Source: a virus
Direction: 5' to 3' (one strand)
DNA: 64,000 nucleotides
Virus record (IMG/VR): IMGVR_UViG_3300049434_000042
Span: 2,265-66,264 of that record
Both the position numbers and the translations under genes were made by a program. Shown here in pieces: positions 47,141 to 56,353 of the stretch. Below the pieces are notes generated by a model that was not told the origin of the DNA, ran no database searches, and worked only from the letters and a program-made list of their open reading frames with translations. Within the stretch, counting starts at the first letter, position 1. Every line of letters begins with the position of its first letter.

Positions 47141-50100
47141 GAGAACGCTCCCATCAGTTGCAGCGATCGCATGCGCCGGCCGACGGAGTCGCTCGCGGGC
47201 TCGGCGACGGGGTTGTAGACGTTCGTGACGTTCGTGATGGTCTTGCTGCTCTGGTCGGTGTTGCCGAGGCTGGCCGGGCCGGTACCGGTGCCGGTGAGCA
47301 TTTCGCGGAGCCCGGCGAGTTGGGAGATGTCGGGGAGGCCGATCGCGGAGTCCTGCAGCAGGCGGGTCTGCGCGGGGTCGATGATTTGGGCGGTGGCGCG
47401 GAGGCTGCCGAACGTGATCGCTTTGAGGAACGGCAAGAATCGGGCGGTGGCGTCTTTGGGTACTACCCACTCGCCGGCGGTGGCGCGGATGATTTGGTTG
47501 TCGCCGTCACCGGATCCGCCGACCATGCCGCCGGTAGCAAACCCGGGGATGTAGCTGGTCACGCTGGAGATCGCAGCGCTGGCCTTCGCGCGCAGCGAGT
47601 CGATCGCTGTGTTGAGGCGGTCGATCTGGCGTTGGATCCATGAGACGACGCCGTCGATGGTGCGTTGGATCCCTCCCCAGATGTCGGCGACTTTCTGCCC
47701 TGCCCGGTCCCAGGCGCCGGCGAAGTCGGTACCGAGTACCCCGTCAACCATGCCGAGGATGTCTCGGATCGCGTTCGCTTTGTCGTTGGTATTGCCGGTG
47801 ATGATGTCCCAGGCGTCACCGACGGTGCGCTTCGTGGTCTCGAAGGCGTCCCAGAAAGTCGACTTAATCTTCTCGCCGAGGTCTCGGGTTTTCGCGTCTA
47901 GCCCGTCGCTGAACTCTTGAGACTTTTGTGTTACGGCATCCCAGGCGCCGGAGACTTTGTCTTTGCACCAGTCCATGGCTGCGCCGAGCGCGCCCTTGAC
48001 GAGCTCGAATCCGGCATAAATGGCGGCTCCGAGGTCAGGGGCACCGAATAGGCCACCTAGCCAACCCCACAGGGCCTGTGCCCCGTCCCATATCCAGCCA
48101 AAGAATGCGCCGATCCATTGTTTGACGGTGTCCCAGTGGGTGATGATTTCGTAGATGGCGAAGGCGACGGCCGCGATCGCGAGGATGACGAGGCCCACGG
48201 GGGTGAGCAGGGCGAGGAAGAGAAACGCGGCCGCTTCGAGGAGCGGGACGAGCAGGGTCAGGGCTGCGCCGATCGCACCAAACCAGCCGGCGACGAGGCC
48301 GAGGGCGGCGGCCGCGCCGGCGAGGGTCAGGACGAAGCCGATCACAGGGCCCAGGCCGGGTATGGACAGGATCCAAGCTAGTGCCGCGGCTATGCCGTTC
48401 AGGACGGCGAGGAAGCCGACGAGGGCCCCTCCTCCTAGCGCGGTGATGATGTCGGCGAGGTGGGTGGCCAGGGCGACGAGCTGCGGGCCGACGCCGGACT
48501 GCAGCTTCGTGATCAGGTTCTCGATCGCGGGGAGGAGCTCGGTGCGGATTTTCGCGATCAGTGGGGCGAGGTCTTCGTTTTGACCGATCCGCACGATGCT
48601 CAGGACTAGATCGTTGAATAGGCGACCTAGTTCTTTTACGGCGGGGACGATCGACATAAAGTAGTCGTGCAACTTCGTTTGACCGTCAACACTGCCAGTG
48701 AACTCGCGGAGCTTTCGTGTGGCTGCCTCGAAGCTGTTAAGGAGTATTTGCCCGGCGGGTTCGGCGGCTTTGCCGATGTTCCACAGTGAGACGAATAGGT
48801 TACCGAGGATTCGGAGGAGTTGCTCGATAACGTTTCCGGCTTTGTCGAAGAATGCACCCATTTCACCGGAGGTGCGTTTCGCTTCGAGGAATGCCTTAGC
48901 GGTCTCGGATCCCTTGAGGATTAGGTTGGTGAGTCGCTCGGCGAGTGGCAGCGCGGTTACCCATACGTTGCGCAGCGCGTCGGCCCAGTTGAGCGCAGCA
49001 TCGCCGGCGGTGGTGATCATCCGGTTATTGCTGTCGAGGATGGTGGCGAAGTCGCGCGTCCAGGGCCCGGAGCTGACCATGTTCGCGCCCTTGATCGCGA
49101 CGTCGCCGAGGCGGTCTGCGGTGTCGCCGAGCTTGGAGGCGAAGAGGTCGGTGAGGGGTAGCAGGGTGCGGATCGCGGTCTCGAACTTCGGCAGGGCCCG
49201 CTCTTGGATGGCGTCGCGGATCCGGTGCAGGGCGGGGACGACTTCGTTGTTCAGGAAGAGCGCGAAGCGTTGCGCTGCGGGTGAGGCTTTGTCGAAGGCG
49301 TCGGCTGCGCCGCCACCAGCGGTGTCCGCGGCGACGACAGCGTCGCGGTAGGCCTGCGCTAGCTCCCTGCTGGCGTCGGTGACGGCGCGCTGAGCGTCGG
49401 CGTTGGCCCAGTCGGTCTGTTGGATGGTTTGGGAAAGCTGGATCTGTGCGTCTTCGATCGAGCGGGCGGCGTCTTTCCGGGCTTGGGTGAGGGCTGCCTC
49501 GGCGTCGCCGACGTTCTGTGTCGCGTCAGCTACCCGGGCGTGGGCGTCGATTACGGCTTGATCGCCTTCGATGCCGGTCTTCGCGGCTTGCTCGGCTTGC
49601 GTGGCGAGCTGCGCGTTGCGGTGCTGGACCTCGATCAGGGCTTCGTCGGCTTGCTTGACGGCGAGCTGTGCCTCTTGCAGGTCTAGACCGCTGCCGCCGG
49701 CGCGCTGTACGCGGATGAGCTCTTCGCGGGCCCGCTTTGTGCGGATGGTGGCCGCTTCCTCGTCGAGCATCCCGCCGTTGACGGCGTCTTGGAGGTCGAT
49801 GAGGCGTTGTCGGGCTTCGTCGCGGGTGCGGTTGAGGTCGGCCTGCGCGGCGTCGGCGGCTTTGACGGCGTCGGTGTAGGAGCGTTCGGCGGAGGCCACT
49901 TGCTGCGCGGCCGCGCTGATGGCGTCGGCGAGGGATCGTTCGGCGGCTTTGACTTGCTGGTCGCCGGTGATGGCGGTGCGGTTGCGTTGCTCGATCGCGC
50001 GTTCGACGGTGCGTTGCGCGGCCGCGATCCGGTCGGCGCTGGCCTGCGCGGCTTTCGCGGTGCTGGCTGCGCTACTTCCCCCTCCCCCTCCTCCGCTCTG

Positions 50101-50979
50101 GCGGGTTTGTAGCGCTTTGAGGGCTTTGCCTACCCCGGAGAGGGCGATCGCGGCGACTCCGACGCCTTGGGCTAGCGCGCCGGCCATGGCGAGGACACCG
50201 GCTAGGCCGGCGATGGCGGGTGCGGCCGCGGAGGCTACGGAGAGGAGCCCGCCGGCGAGTGCGGCGACGGCACCGATGACGGGCCCGATGAGGGCGGCCG
50301 CGCCGGCGACGACTCCGACGATGGTGCCCAGCGTTTTGAGTTTCGAGGTGTCGACGTCGACTTTGATTTTCGGGCGTTTGCGGTCGACCTGATCGGCTTC
50401 GCGGGAGACCGCGGCCAGCTTCGCCCGGGCCGAGGCGGTGTCGGCGTCGACGTTGAGCTTCGCGTCACGCAGCCCGGCGATGGTCGCTTTGAGCCGCTCG
50501 ATTTTCGCTTCGGCCCGGATGATGTTCGCGTCGACTTCGGCGCTCGTAGGTTGGGTGCGGAGCTGGGAGAGCTCGCCCTCGACGGCGTGGAGCTCGGCGC
50601 GGGCCCGGGCTGCGTCGGCGTCGATCTGCAGCTTCGTGATGCGGAAGCCGGCCAGGTCGGTTTTGAGTTGCCGGATCTCGGTCTTCGCGCGGGTGGCGTC
50701 GACGTCGAGGGTGCTCTTGACCTTGATTTTTGAGAGCTCGCGGACGGATCCGAGGAGGCTCTTGACGTCCTTATCGGCGGCTTTGGAGCTGTCCCCTACT
50801 CCGCGGAGGCTCTTCGACGTGTCGTTGGATTGCTTCTCGACGTTGCCGAGCTCGGTGTCGGTGTCGTGGGCTGCGGAGCGGGTCTCTTTCAGGGCGTCGG
50901 CGGATCGTTTCGCTTCGCGGCGGAGGTTCGCGAAGTCGGCGATCGCCCGGAAGATCGCTTCGCCGGCGTTAGCTGCCAC
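47137..50979 (-). CDS. Tape measure protein
   Basis: 1280 aa, Ala-rich helical, Trp/Phe repeats, IPGFATGG..GE.V. Confidence 0.93.
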   Translation of the reverse strand: MAANAGEAIFRAIADFANLRREAKRSADALKETRSAAHDTDTELGNVEKQSNDTSKSLRGVGDSSKAADKDVKSLLGSVRELSKIKVKSTLDVDATRAKTEIRQLKTDLAGFRITKLQIDADAARARAELHAVEGELSQLRTQPTSAEVDANIIRAEAKIERLKATIAGLRDAKLNVDADTASARAKLAAVSREADQVDRKRPKIKVDVDTSKLKTLGTIVGVVAGAAALIGPVIGAVAALAGGLLSVASAAAPAIAGLAGVLAMAGALAQGVGVAAIALSGVGKALKALQTRQSGGGGGGSSAASTAKAAQASADRIAAAQRTVERAIEQRNRTAITGDQQVKAAERSLADAISAAAQQVASAERSYTDAVKAADAAQADLNRTRDEARQRLIDLQDAVNGGMLDEEAATIRTKRAREELIRVQRAGGSGLDLQEAQLAVKQADEALIEVQHRNAQLATQAEQAAKTGIEGDQAVIDAHARVADATQNVGDAEAALTQARKDAARSIEDAQIQLSQTIQQTDWANADAQRAVTDASRELAQAYRDAVVAADTAGGGAADAFDKASPAAQRFALFLNNEVVPALHRIRDAIQERALPKFETAIRTLLPLTDLFASKLGDTADRLGDVAIKGANMVSSGPWTRDFATILDSNNRMITTAGDAALNWADALRNVWVTALPLAERLTNLILKGSETAKAFLEAKRTSGEMGAFFDKAGNVIEQLLRILGNLFVSLWNIGKAAEPAGQILLNSFEAATRKLREFTGSVDGQTKLHDYFMSIVPAVKELGRLFNDLVLSIVRIGQNEDLAPLIAKIRTELLPAIENLITKLQSGVGPQLVALATHLADIITALGGGALVGFLAVLNGIAAALAWILSIPGLGPVIGFVLTLAGAAAALGLVAGWFGAIGAALTLLVPLLEAAAFLFLALLTPVGLVILAIAAVAFAIYEIITHWDTVKQWIGAFFGWIWDGAQALWGWLGGLFGAPDLGAAIYAGFELVKGALGAAMDWCKDKVSGAWDAVTQKSQEFSDGLDAKTRDLGEKIKSTFWDAFETTKRTVGDAWDIITGNTNDKANAIRDILGMVDGVLGTDFAGAWDRAGQKVADIWGGIQRTIDGVVSWIQRQIDRLNTAIDSLRAKASAAISSVTSYIPGFATGGMVGGSGDGDNQIIRATAGEWVVPKDATARFLPFLKAITFGSLRATAQIIDPAQTRLLQDSAIGLPDISQLAGLREMLTGTGTGPASLGNTDQSSKTITNVTNVYNPVAEPASDSVGRRMRSLQLMGAFS

Positions 50980-50982
50980 TGG

Positions 50983-51360
50983 TCAGCCTCGGATGCGTGT
51001 CCGGGAGGAGACGGGCATGAGGGCAGCGACTTGCGCCATGGTGGGGAGCTCGCGTTTGCGTTCGGATTTGGGCAGGAAGTGGACCTCGGCGGCCGCGGCC
51101 GCGGGCTGGCCTTTTTTTGCGTGCCCTGATGAGGCCCACATGCTCTGCACGAGGTAGCGGGTTTGTAGCTCTAGGCCGCGTAGGTGGGTGCGGTGGTCTT
51201 CCCGCTGCCGGGCGAGGACGACGTCGCGGATTTGCCTGACTCGGCGGAGCGGCAGGTCGAGGATCTGCTCGTCGGTCCACCCGTACTCCCTGCTAATCAG
51301 GTCGAACGTGCGCGCCCACGGCCGACGGGCCCAGTCGGCGGCTACTTCGGAGGAGTCCCC
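50983..51360 (-). CDS. Tail assembly chaperone frameshift extension (gpT-like, -1 frame)
   Basis: Start-less ORF DSSEVAADW..SREYGWTDEQILDLPLRRV..; entered near GGAAGGGG (51357-51364). Confidence 0.75.
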   Translation of the reverse strand, partial: GDSSEVAADWARRPWARTFDLISREYGWTDEQILDLPLRRVRQIRDVVLARQREDHRTHLRGLELQTRYLVQSMWASSGHAKKGQPAAAAAEVHFLPKSERKRELPTMAQVAALMPVSSRTRIRG

Positions 51361-51926
51361 TTCCGGGTGAGTACCTGTGCGAAGCCGAAGAGCTGCCGTG
51401 CTTTTCCCACCAGTGCGGCGAGGTCGTCTTTTTCTTGTGCGACGACGGCGCCGAGGATGTCCATCGTGACGTCGATCGGGGGGTTGCCCATGAGCTCGCC
51501 GAGGGCTTGTTTATCGCTCTTGTTTCGGGGTTCGACGAGGGCGGCGAGGAGGTCGAGGAGCTCGTCGGGTGCGTCGGGGATGGCGGTGATGAGCAGCGCG
51601 AGGACGGTTTGGGTCAGTTCCTCTTTGTCGGCGGAGAGGTCGACGGATGCGATGCCGGCTCCCATTCCGACGGTGAGGACGCGGATCGCGAGGAGGAGCT
51701 CGCGGGTTTGGAGTCGGCGGATGCGGACGGGCATCCCGGCGATGTCGATCAGTGCGGGGTCGGGCATGATCACCGCGAGGTCAGGGTCAGCGGTCGCTGA
51801 TGTAGCGGGAGGAGCCGCTGACCCTGCCTCGTTTACTGCGGCGGTGTTTTCTGGTGAGCCGGGGACCGCTGCCACGGTGCGTGGCTTGCGGGTGGTGCCT
51901 ACCTTGCGGGGAACTGTGGCGGTCAT
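51342..51926 (-). CDS. Tail assembly chaperone (gpG-like)
   Basis: Between major tail and tape measure genes. Confidence 0.8.
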   Translation of the reverse strand: MTATVPRKVGTTRKPRTVAAVPGSPENTAAVNEAGSAAPPATSATADPDLAVIMPDPALIDIAGMPVRIRRLQTRELLLAIRVLTVGMGAGIASVDLSADKEELTQTVLALLITAIPDAPDELLDLLAALVEPRNKSDKQALGELMGNPPIDVTMDILGAVVAQEKDDLAALVGKARQLFGFAQVLTRKGTPPK

Positions 51927-51979
51927 GCCGCTCTCCTAGATTGTCGTGGGCTCGATCCTGGTGGCGGATCTATAACCCG

Positions 51980-52888
51980 TCAGGCAGCCGGCCGTGAGAG
52001 CAGGACGCCGACGCGTTTGCGGTTCGGGTTATCGGCCCACGGTGCACCGGTCTCGTCGCGGTCGGTGAGCAGCGCGCGGCCGTGGTAGTTGACCTTGAGG
52101 CCGTCTTTGTACTTCGGGCCGTCGAAGGTGATCGGTGCAAATTGGACCTTCGCGAGACCAAAGACGAACTCGCGGACGTTGCCGACGGAGTCTTTCGACG
52201 GGACGACGATGATCATTGGTCGGGGCGGTGTGTTGAACGAGGCCTCGGTCCATAGCGGCATGGAGTACGTGGTCTCGGCGAGGCCTCCGGTGCCGGGTGT
52301 GGTCGTGGCTACGGCCACGGTCCCGCCGGTCAGGCCGGCGTTGTTAACGACGAGGACGGGGACGTTGCCGCGGTTGAGGTCGAAGGTCACGACCACGGGG
52401 GTTGTGTTGATCGGCCCGCCGGTGACGGTGATGTCGGCGGGGTCGAGGTTGGCCAGTCCACCTAGCGCGGTGCGGATCTGCGCTGCGCTGGCGTTCCATG
52501 GGATACCGGCTGCGGTCTCACCGTCGAAGGTCAGGGTAAAGGCGCCGGCGGTGACGGGGCCGGTTGCGGTGAGGGTCTGTACCTCGGAGGTGCCGCCGGC
52601 TTCGGTGACCGCTTCGCCGGTCAGGTTCGCTACCAGCGGGAATGAGAGGTAGCCGGCTTGGACGGAGACGTTCGCGCCCTTGAGCCAGTTCCACACGGAG
52701 AGCTCGACGTCGTCGCCTTCGTTAACGTATGAGTCGGTGTCGGGGTCGAGGCTGGCATCGTTAACGCCGTAGATGTCCCAGCCGTCGAGGTCGGTGCGGA
52801 CGAGGGCTTCCTCGAAGGTTTCGGAGCCGTCGAGGATCTGCGCGTGGGAGATCGAGAAACCTTCGAGGATCTGAGTAGGTGCGGTCAT
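51980..52888 (-). CDS. Major tail protein with an inserted accessory domain
   Basis: Position; EGDD motif; inserted EVQT..FTLTF..NA.A..AL domain. Confidence 0.82.
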   Translation of the reverse strand: MTAPTQILEGFSISHAQILDGSETFEEALVRTDLDGWDIYGVNDASLDPDTDSYVNEGDDVELSVWNWLKGANVSVQAGYLSFPLVANLTGEAVTEAGGTSEVQTLTATGPVTAGAFTLTFDGETAAGIPWNASAAQIRTALGGLANLDPADITVTGGPINTTPVVVTFDLNRGNVPVLVVNNAGLTGGTVAVATTTPGTGGLAETTYSMPLWTEASFNTPPRPMIIVVPSKDSVGNVREFVFGLAKVQFAPITFDGPKYKDGLKVNYHGRALLTDRDETGAPWADNPNRKRVGVLLSRPAA

Positions 52889-52963
52889 GCGGGCCTCCTG
52901 CCGGGGCGTAACGACGCTGTCGTCTAGCCGGGGAGTGTGGCCGTCCGGGGGTCGGTAGATCTA

Positions 52964-53170
52964 TTAGCCGCGGCGTTGCCGGCGGTTCGGGTCATACGGT
53001 GCTGACTCGACGAGGTCGCCGGCGAGGTCGTACCGGTGGAGCTGCCTGCAGTCGCGGCAGGCGACCTCGATCAGGTTCGAGTTGCGGTCGATGACGACGT
53101 CAGGGTCACGGTGTAGGCGCATGAATAGCCGGGAGCGGTTGATCGGGCACCGGACGTCGACGGTGGTCAC
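52964..53170 (-). CDS. Small zinc-finger protein (Com-like)
   Basis: DVRCP..LF..IEVACRDC. Confidence 0.55.
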   Translation of the reverse strand: MTTVDVRCPINRSRLFMRLHRDPDVVIDRNSNLIEVACRDCRQLHRYDLAGDLVESAPYDPNRRQRRG

Positions 53171-53397
53171 GGTCCGACGGCGGGGCGCCAGTTCCTCGGC
53201 TCCGCGGGGAGGCGGACGTCGGGGGCACTGTCGATGATGGTGGCGCCGGCGTCGAGGTTGCCGGTGGCTATCCAGTGGGCGACGTGGAGGAGCTCGTCGG
53301 GAGTGTGGTCGACGGTGCCTTCGAGCTCTTGGAGCTCGGCGAAGACACGGAGCCGGGCGCGTTGGTCGTCGTCGAGCTCGTCGAGGTGATGGTTCAT
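53167..53397 (-). CDS. Hypothetical protein
   Basis: TGATG overlap; LL.VA.WI.TG. Confidence 0.55.
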   Translation of the reverse strand: MNHHLDELDDDQRARLRVFAELQELEGTVDHTPDELLHVAHWIATGNLDAGATIIDSAPDVRLPAEPRNWRPAVGP

Positions 53398-53570
53398 CAG
53401 AAGCGCGCCTTCCTGCTGGTGCCCTTGCGGGTTGGTAGCCGGCGGTAGCGGGTTCGTTTGCCGCCGGCGGTGGCGTGCGCTTTCTTGTGCGCGTATCGGC
53501 GGAGTCGTGGGTTGGCAAAGAACAATCGCCATTGCGCTTTACTCTTAAAGCCAGTAGCTCGTTTGCCCAC
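53397..53570 (-). CDS. 57-aa very basic protein (FKSKAQ.R..FA motif)
   Basis: AGGAGG RBS; MGKRATGFKSKAQWRLFFANPRLRRYAHKK... Confidence 0.7.
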   Translation of the reverse strand: MGKRATGFKSKAQWRLFFANPRLRRYAHKKAHATAGGKRTRYRRLPTRKGTSRKARF

Positions 53571-53580
53571 GGTGTGCCTC

Positions 53581-54072
53581 CTACCCGGTGAGGAGCGCGA
53601 CGTTGAGTGCGTACGTCGCGGTGACGATGGCTGCGTCGCCTAGTGGTGTACCCCGTCGGGTGCCCCCTTCGAGGACGGCGGGGGCGAGCCATTGCGTCGA
53701 GGTGTTGACGAGCAGGCCGGGGTTTGATCCGATGCGTCCCCAGATTTGGCCGCGGCGTGGGTTGTGGAGTAGGCGGTGCACTGCTCGCCAGAGCGCGCGG
53801 GCGTTGGTTGCTCGGTCGGTGCGGGCGATGTCGCCGGTTTCGTCGCGGGTGCAGTCGGCCCAGCAATCGACGACGAGGGTGGGGAACTCGGCGCTGGCGC
53901 CTTCGTAGGTGTCTGAGTTTGACCATGAGGGCCCGCGGGTGAGGACTACGGCACGGAGGCCCATGGGTTGGACGGGCTCTTCGAGGCGGTCGGTGTAGAT
54001 GCGGGTTGCGACGTAGCCGGCGACGGTCTCGTCGGCCAGCAGGCGCCGGCGGGCGGCGGGTTCGAGCTCCAT
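53581..54072 (-). CDS. Tail terminator / completion protein
   Basis: Position; L..D..V...V..RIY..VDCWA. Confidence 0.7.
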   Translation of the reverse strand: MELEPAARRRLLADETVAGYVATRIYTDRLEEPVQPMGLRAVVLTRGPSWSNSDTYEGASAEFPTLVVDCWADCTRDETGDIARTDRATNARALWRAVHRLLHNPRRGQIWGRIGSNPGLLVNTSTQWLAPAVLEGGTRRGTPLGDAAIVTATYALNVALLTG

Positions 54073-54476
54073 CAGAGGAACCTGCCGACCGCTGCGTCGA
54101 TGCCGTCGAGGAGGGCCCTCTCGTAGTCGTCGCGGGATTGTGCGAAGGCGACGGTTAGCCAGGCGTGGTCGTGGCCGCGTTGGTGCTCGTAGATGGCGTA
54201 GTCGACGACGCGGTCTCGGCGGCCGGGGACGCTGACGGTTTGCCCGCCGTAGGTGACGTCGCCGAGGACGCGGTTATGGCCGTCGCGTTCGGTGTGGTAC
54301 CTGCCGGTGGTGCGTAGGGCGTTGGTGATGACGTGCACGGTCTCTTGTGAGTGGCCGTAGAACCGTTCTGTGGCTCGGTCCCATTCGCGCAGGACTTCGT
54401 CGGAGGCGTCGAGGTTTTCTAGGCCTTCGATCCATTCGTCGAACTTCACGGGCACGCGGATCCGGCTTCTGGTCAT
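54072..54476 (-). CDS. HK97 gp10-like neck protein
   Basis: V.T.ALR..G..YA.YEH...WL. Confidence 0.7.
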   Translation of the reverse strand: MTRSRIRVPVKFDEWIEGLENLDASDEVLREWDRATERFYGHSQETVHVITNALRTTGRYHTERDGHNRVLGDVTYGGQTVSVPGRRDRVVDYAIYEHQRGHDHAWLTVAFAQSRDDYERALLDGIDAAVGRFL

Positions 54477-54703
54477 CAGTCACCCTCTAGCGTGCTGCGG
54501 ATATTGCGGGTCGTGATGAGTTTCGCCGCTTCGATGATGCCGAGCTGGCCAACCCACTCGACGTCGTCGGTGGCCGAGATCGAGATGCCGACCTCGGAGG
54601 TTTCCATGTCTTTGACTTTCGCGATGAGGATGGCGCCGGTGACGACGTCGGTGCGGTCGAGGTTGAGGGCTTCGATGAGCTCGGCGATCTCCTCGGGTGT
54701 CAC
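54476..54703 (-). CDS. Hypothetical protein
   Basis: Coupled overlaps. Confidence 0.6.
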   Translation of the reverse strand: MTPEEIAELIEALNLDRTDVVTGAILIAKVKDMETSEVGISISATDDVEWVGQLGIIEAAKLITTRNIRSTLEGD

Positions 54704-55155
54704 GGTGAGGTGTCCGCGTCGAGGATCTGCTCGATCGAGAGGACCATGCCGCCGGCGGTGCCGGTACGTTGGCTGGTGATTGTCCAGCGTTCGCGGTTGT
54801 GGTCCCAGACGGACGCGGTCGTTTCGAGCTCGGTCTCGGGTTTGGGGATGGTGATCGTTGCGGTGCGGGTGGCCACGCCCGACGCGTCGTCGTTTTCGGT
54901 GGCCACGATGTCTGACCAGACGGCGGGCCCGTCGTACAGGGTTGACCAGCCGTACTCGGCGACGCCGTCGTCATCGGTGCCGGTTTTGACGCGGTGTCGG
55001 ACGATGACGCGGCCGCTGATTTGTTCTGTGGTCTCGATAGGGACGTCGACGGCCGGGGTGCATGGTGCGCATTCGACGCCGGTGGCGGAGAGGACCACGC
55101 GGACACCGGGGGTCGGGGGGCAGCAGGTTCGGCCGTCGAGGGCTACTCGGACCAT
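54700..55155 (-). CDS. Head-closure (stopper)-like protein
   Basis: Position; D.DG...W..LY.G.A beta-rich pattern. Confidence 0.55.
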   Translation of the reverse strand: MVRVALDGRTCCPPTPGVRVVLSATGVECAPCTPAVDVPIETTEQISGRVIVRHRVKTGTDDDGVAEYGWSTLYDGPAVWSDIVATENDDASGVATRTATITIPKPETELETTASVWDHNRERWTITSQRTGTAGGMVLSIEQILDADTSP

Positions 55156-55179
55156 GGGTCACCTCCCGGCGGTTGTTCA

Positions 55180-55228
55180 GCAGTAGCGGGCCTGCCCGTG
55201 GCGCGACCCCTAACAGGCCCGCTACTGC
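55180..55228 (-). terminator. Terminator after the capsid gene
   Basis: 15-bp perfect inverted repeat GCAGTAGCGGGCCTG / CAGGCCCGCTACTGC. Confidence 0.7.
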
Positions 55229-55267
55229 ACGTCCCCCTGTCCACCACGAACGGCGGGACGGTCTTAG

Positions 55268-56353
55268 TTACGCACCTAGCGTGAGCTGGCCCAGTAGGTG
55301 CGCGTTGGGCATGGTCGGGAAGGCGACTGCTACTGCCTTCGACCACTCGCCGGGAGGCTCGTCGGTGCCGTAGGTCGAGGCCCAGATGCCGGAGGCCATT
55401 TGCTGATAGGGGGTGCCGATCAGCGCGCGGGACTCGGCGGTCGGGCCCCAGAGTGTGTTCCCGACTGGCATGCCGGGGAGCAGGACGCCGACGTTCTGTC
55501 GCATGGGCCTGACCTGCGTGACGCTGCCGTCGGCCGCTTCCGCGCCTACGCTGACGTCATAGGTTTGAATCCGGGGCAGGTCATAGCGGTCCATTGTGGC
55601 TTGCACTTCGCCGGGCATCATGGGCCGGTCGGGTGCGGTGGTCTGGTAGGTCCATCCCTTGATCTGGTCGTTGGTGAGCAGGTAGTTCGCGTACTTCCGT
55701 GAGGTCAGCAGGGTTTGCGGCCGCTGCCCGGTCTCGTCTTGGATCTTCTGACAGATCGTCATCAGGTCCGTCAAGGGTGTGGCGTTGGCTACGTCGGACC
55801 ATGCGGGCCCGTAGTCAGCGGCGACCGAGGTGCCGGCGCCGTCGGCTTGCGTGACGAGGTTGATCTGATACTCGTCGTTGAGACCGAAGTCGAAGCGGAT
55901 CTTAATGCCACCCTCGTCGTAGACGACGGCGTCTTCGGAGAGCGCTTGCATGCGGAGCCACTCGACGCGGGCTTGGATCGAGGCGACGAGGTTGGAGATC
56001 CCTCCGAGGACGCCACGCAGCGCGGTCTGCTGGTCGGCGGTGCCGGTGCGGGGGGTGAGAAAGCGGATGATCTCTTTCTCGGAGATTCGCCGCTTCCGCT
56101 TGATCGGGGGGAGCTCACCCATCACGCGCTGACCTTGTGCCTCACGGCCAGCGATGGGGGCTTCGGCGTCCCAGCCGATGACGTGCGCCATTACCGGGAT
56201 GTTCTGTGCCCCGATGATGTACTGATACTCGACGTCGTCGTGTGTTTGGTTGGGCAGCCACGTCGCGCCCTGGTACGCGGGGAGCGGGAGGAGCGCGCGG
56301 ACGTAGGGCAGGAGCAGCGGCGGGGTGAGCTCTTCGAGCTGCCAAATGTTCAC
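55268..56353 (-). CDS. Major capsid protein (lambda E-like family)
   Basis: A....DAEAPI..GELPPIK.K..I.E; R.EW.R.QAL; DFG; WSD...PL.D; G.T.WGPTAE. Confidence 0.92.
   Translation of the reverse strand: MNIWQLEELTPPLLLPYVRALLPLPAYQGATWLPNQTHDDVEYQYIIGAQNIPVMAHVIGWDAEAPIAGREAQGQRVMGELPPIKRKRRISEKEIIRFLTPRTGTADQQTALRGVLGGISNLVASIQARVEWLRMQALSEDAVVYDEGGIKIRFDFGLNDEYQINLVTQADGAGTSVAADYGPAWSDVANATPLTDLMTICQKIQDETGQRPQTLLTSRKYANYLLTNDQIKGWTYQTTAPDRPMMPGEVQATMDRYDLPRIQTYDVSVGAEAADGSVTQVRPMRQNVGVLLPGMPVGNTLWGPTAESRALIGTPYQQMASGIWASTYGTDEPPGEWSKAVAVAFPTMPNAHLLGQLTLGA

Noticed and set aside
51967-52970. GATCTAT(T/A)A(G/C)CCG upstream of the chaperone and major tail genes
   Set aside because: Only two degenerate copies, one overlapping a stop codon; could be chance
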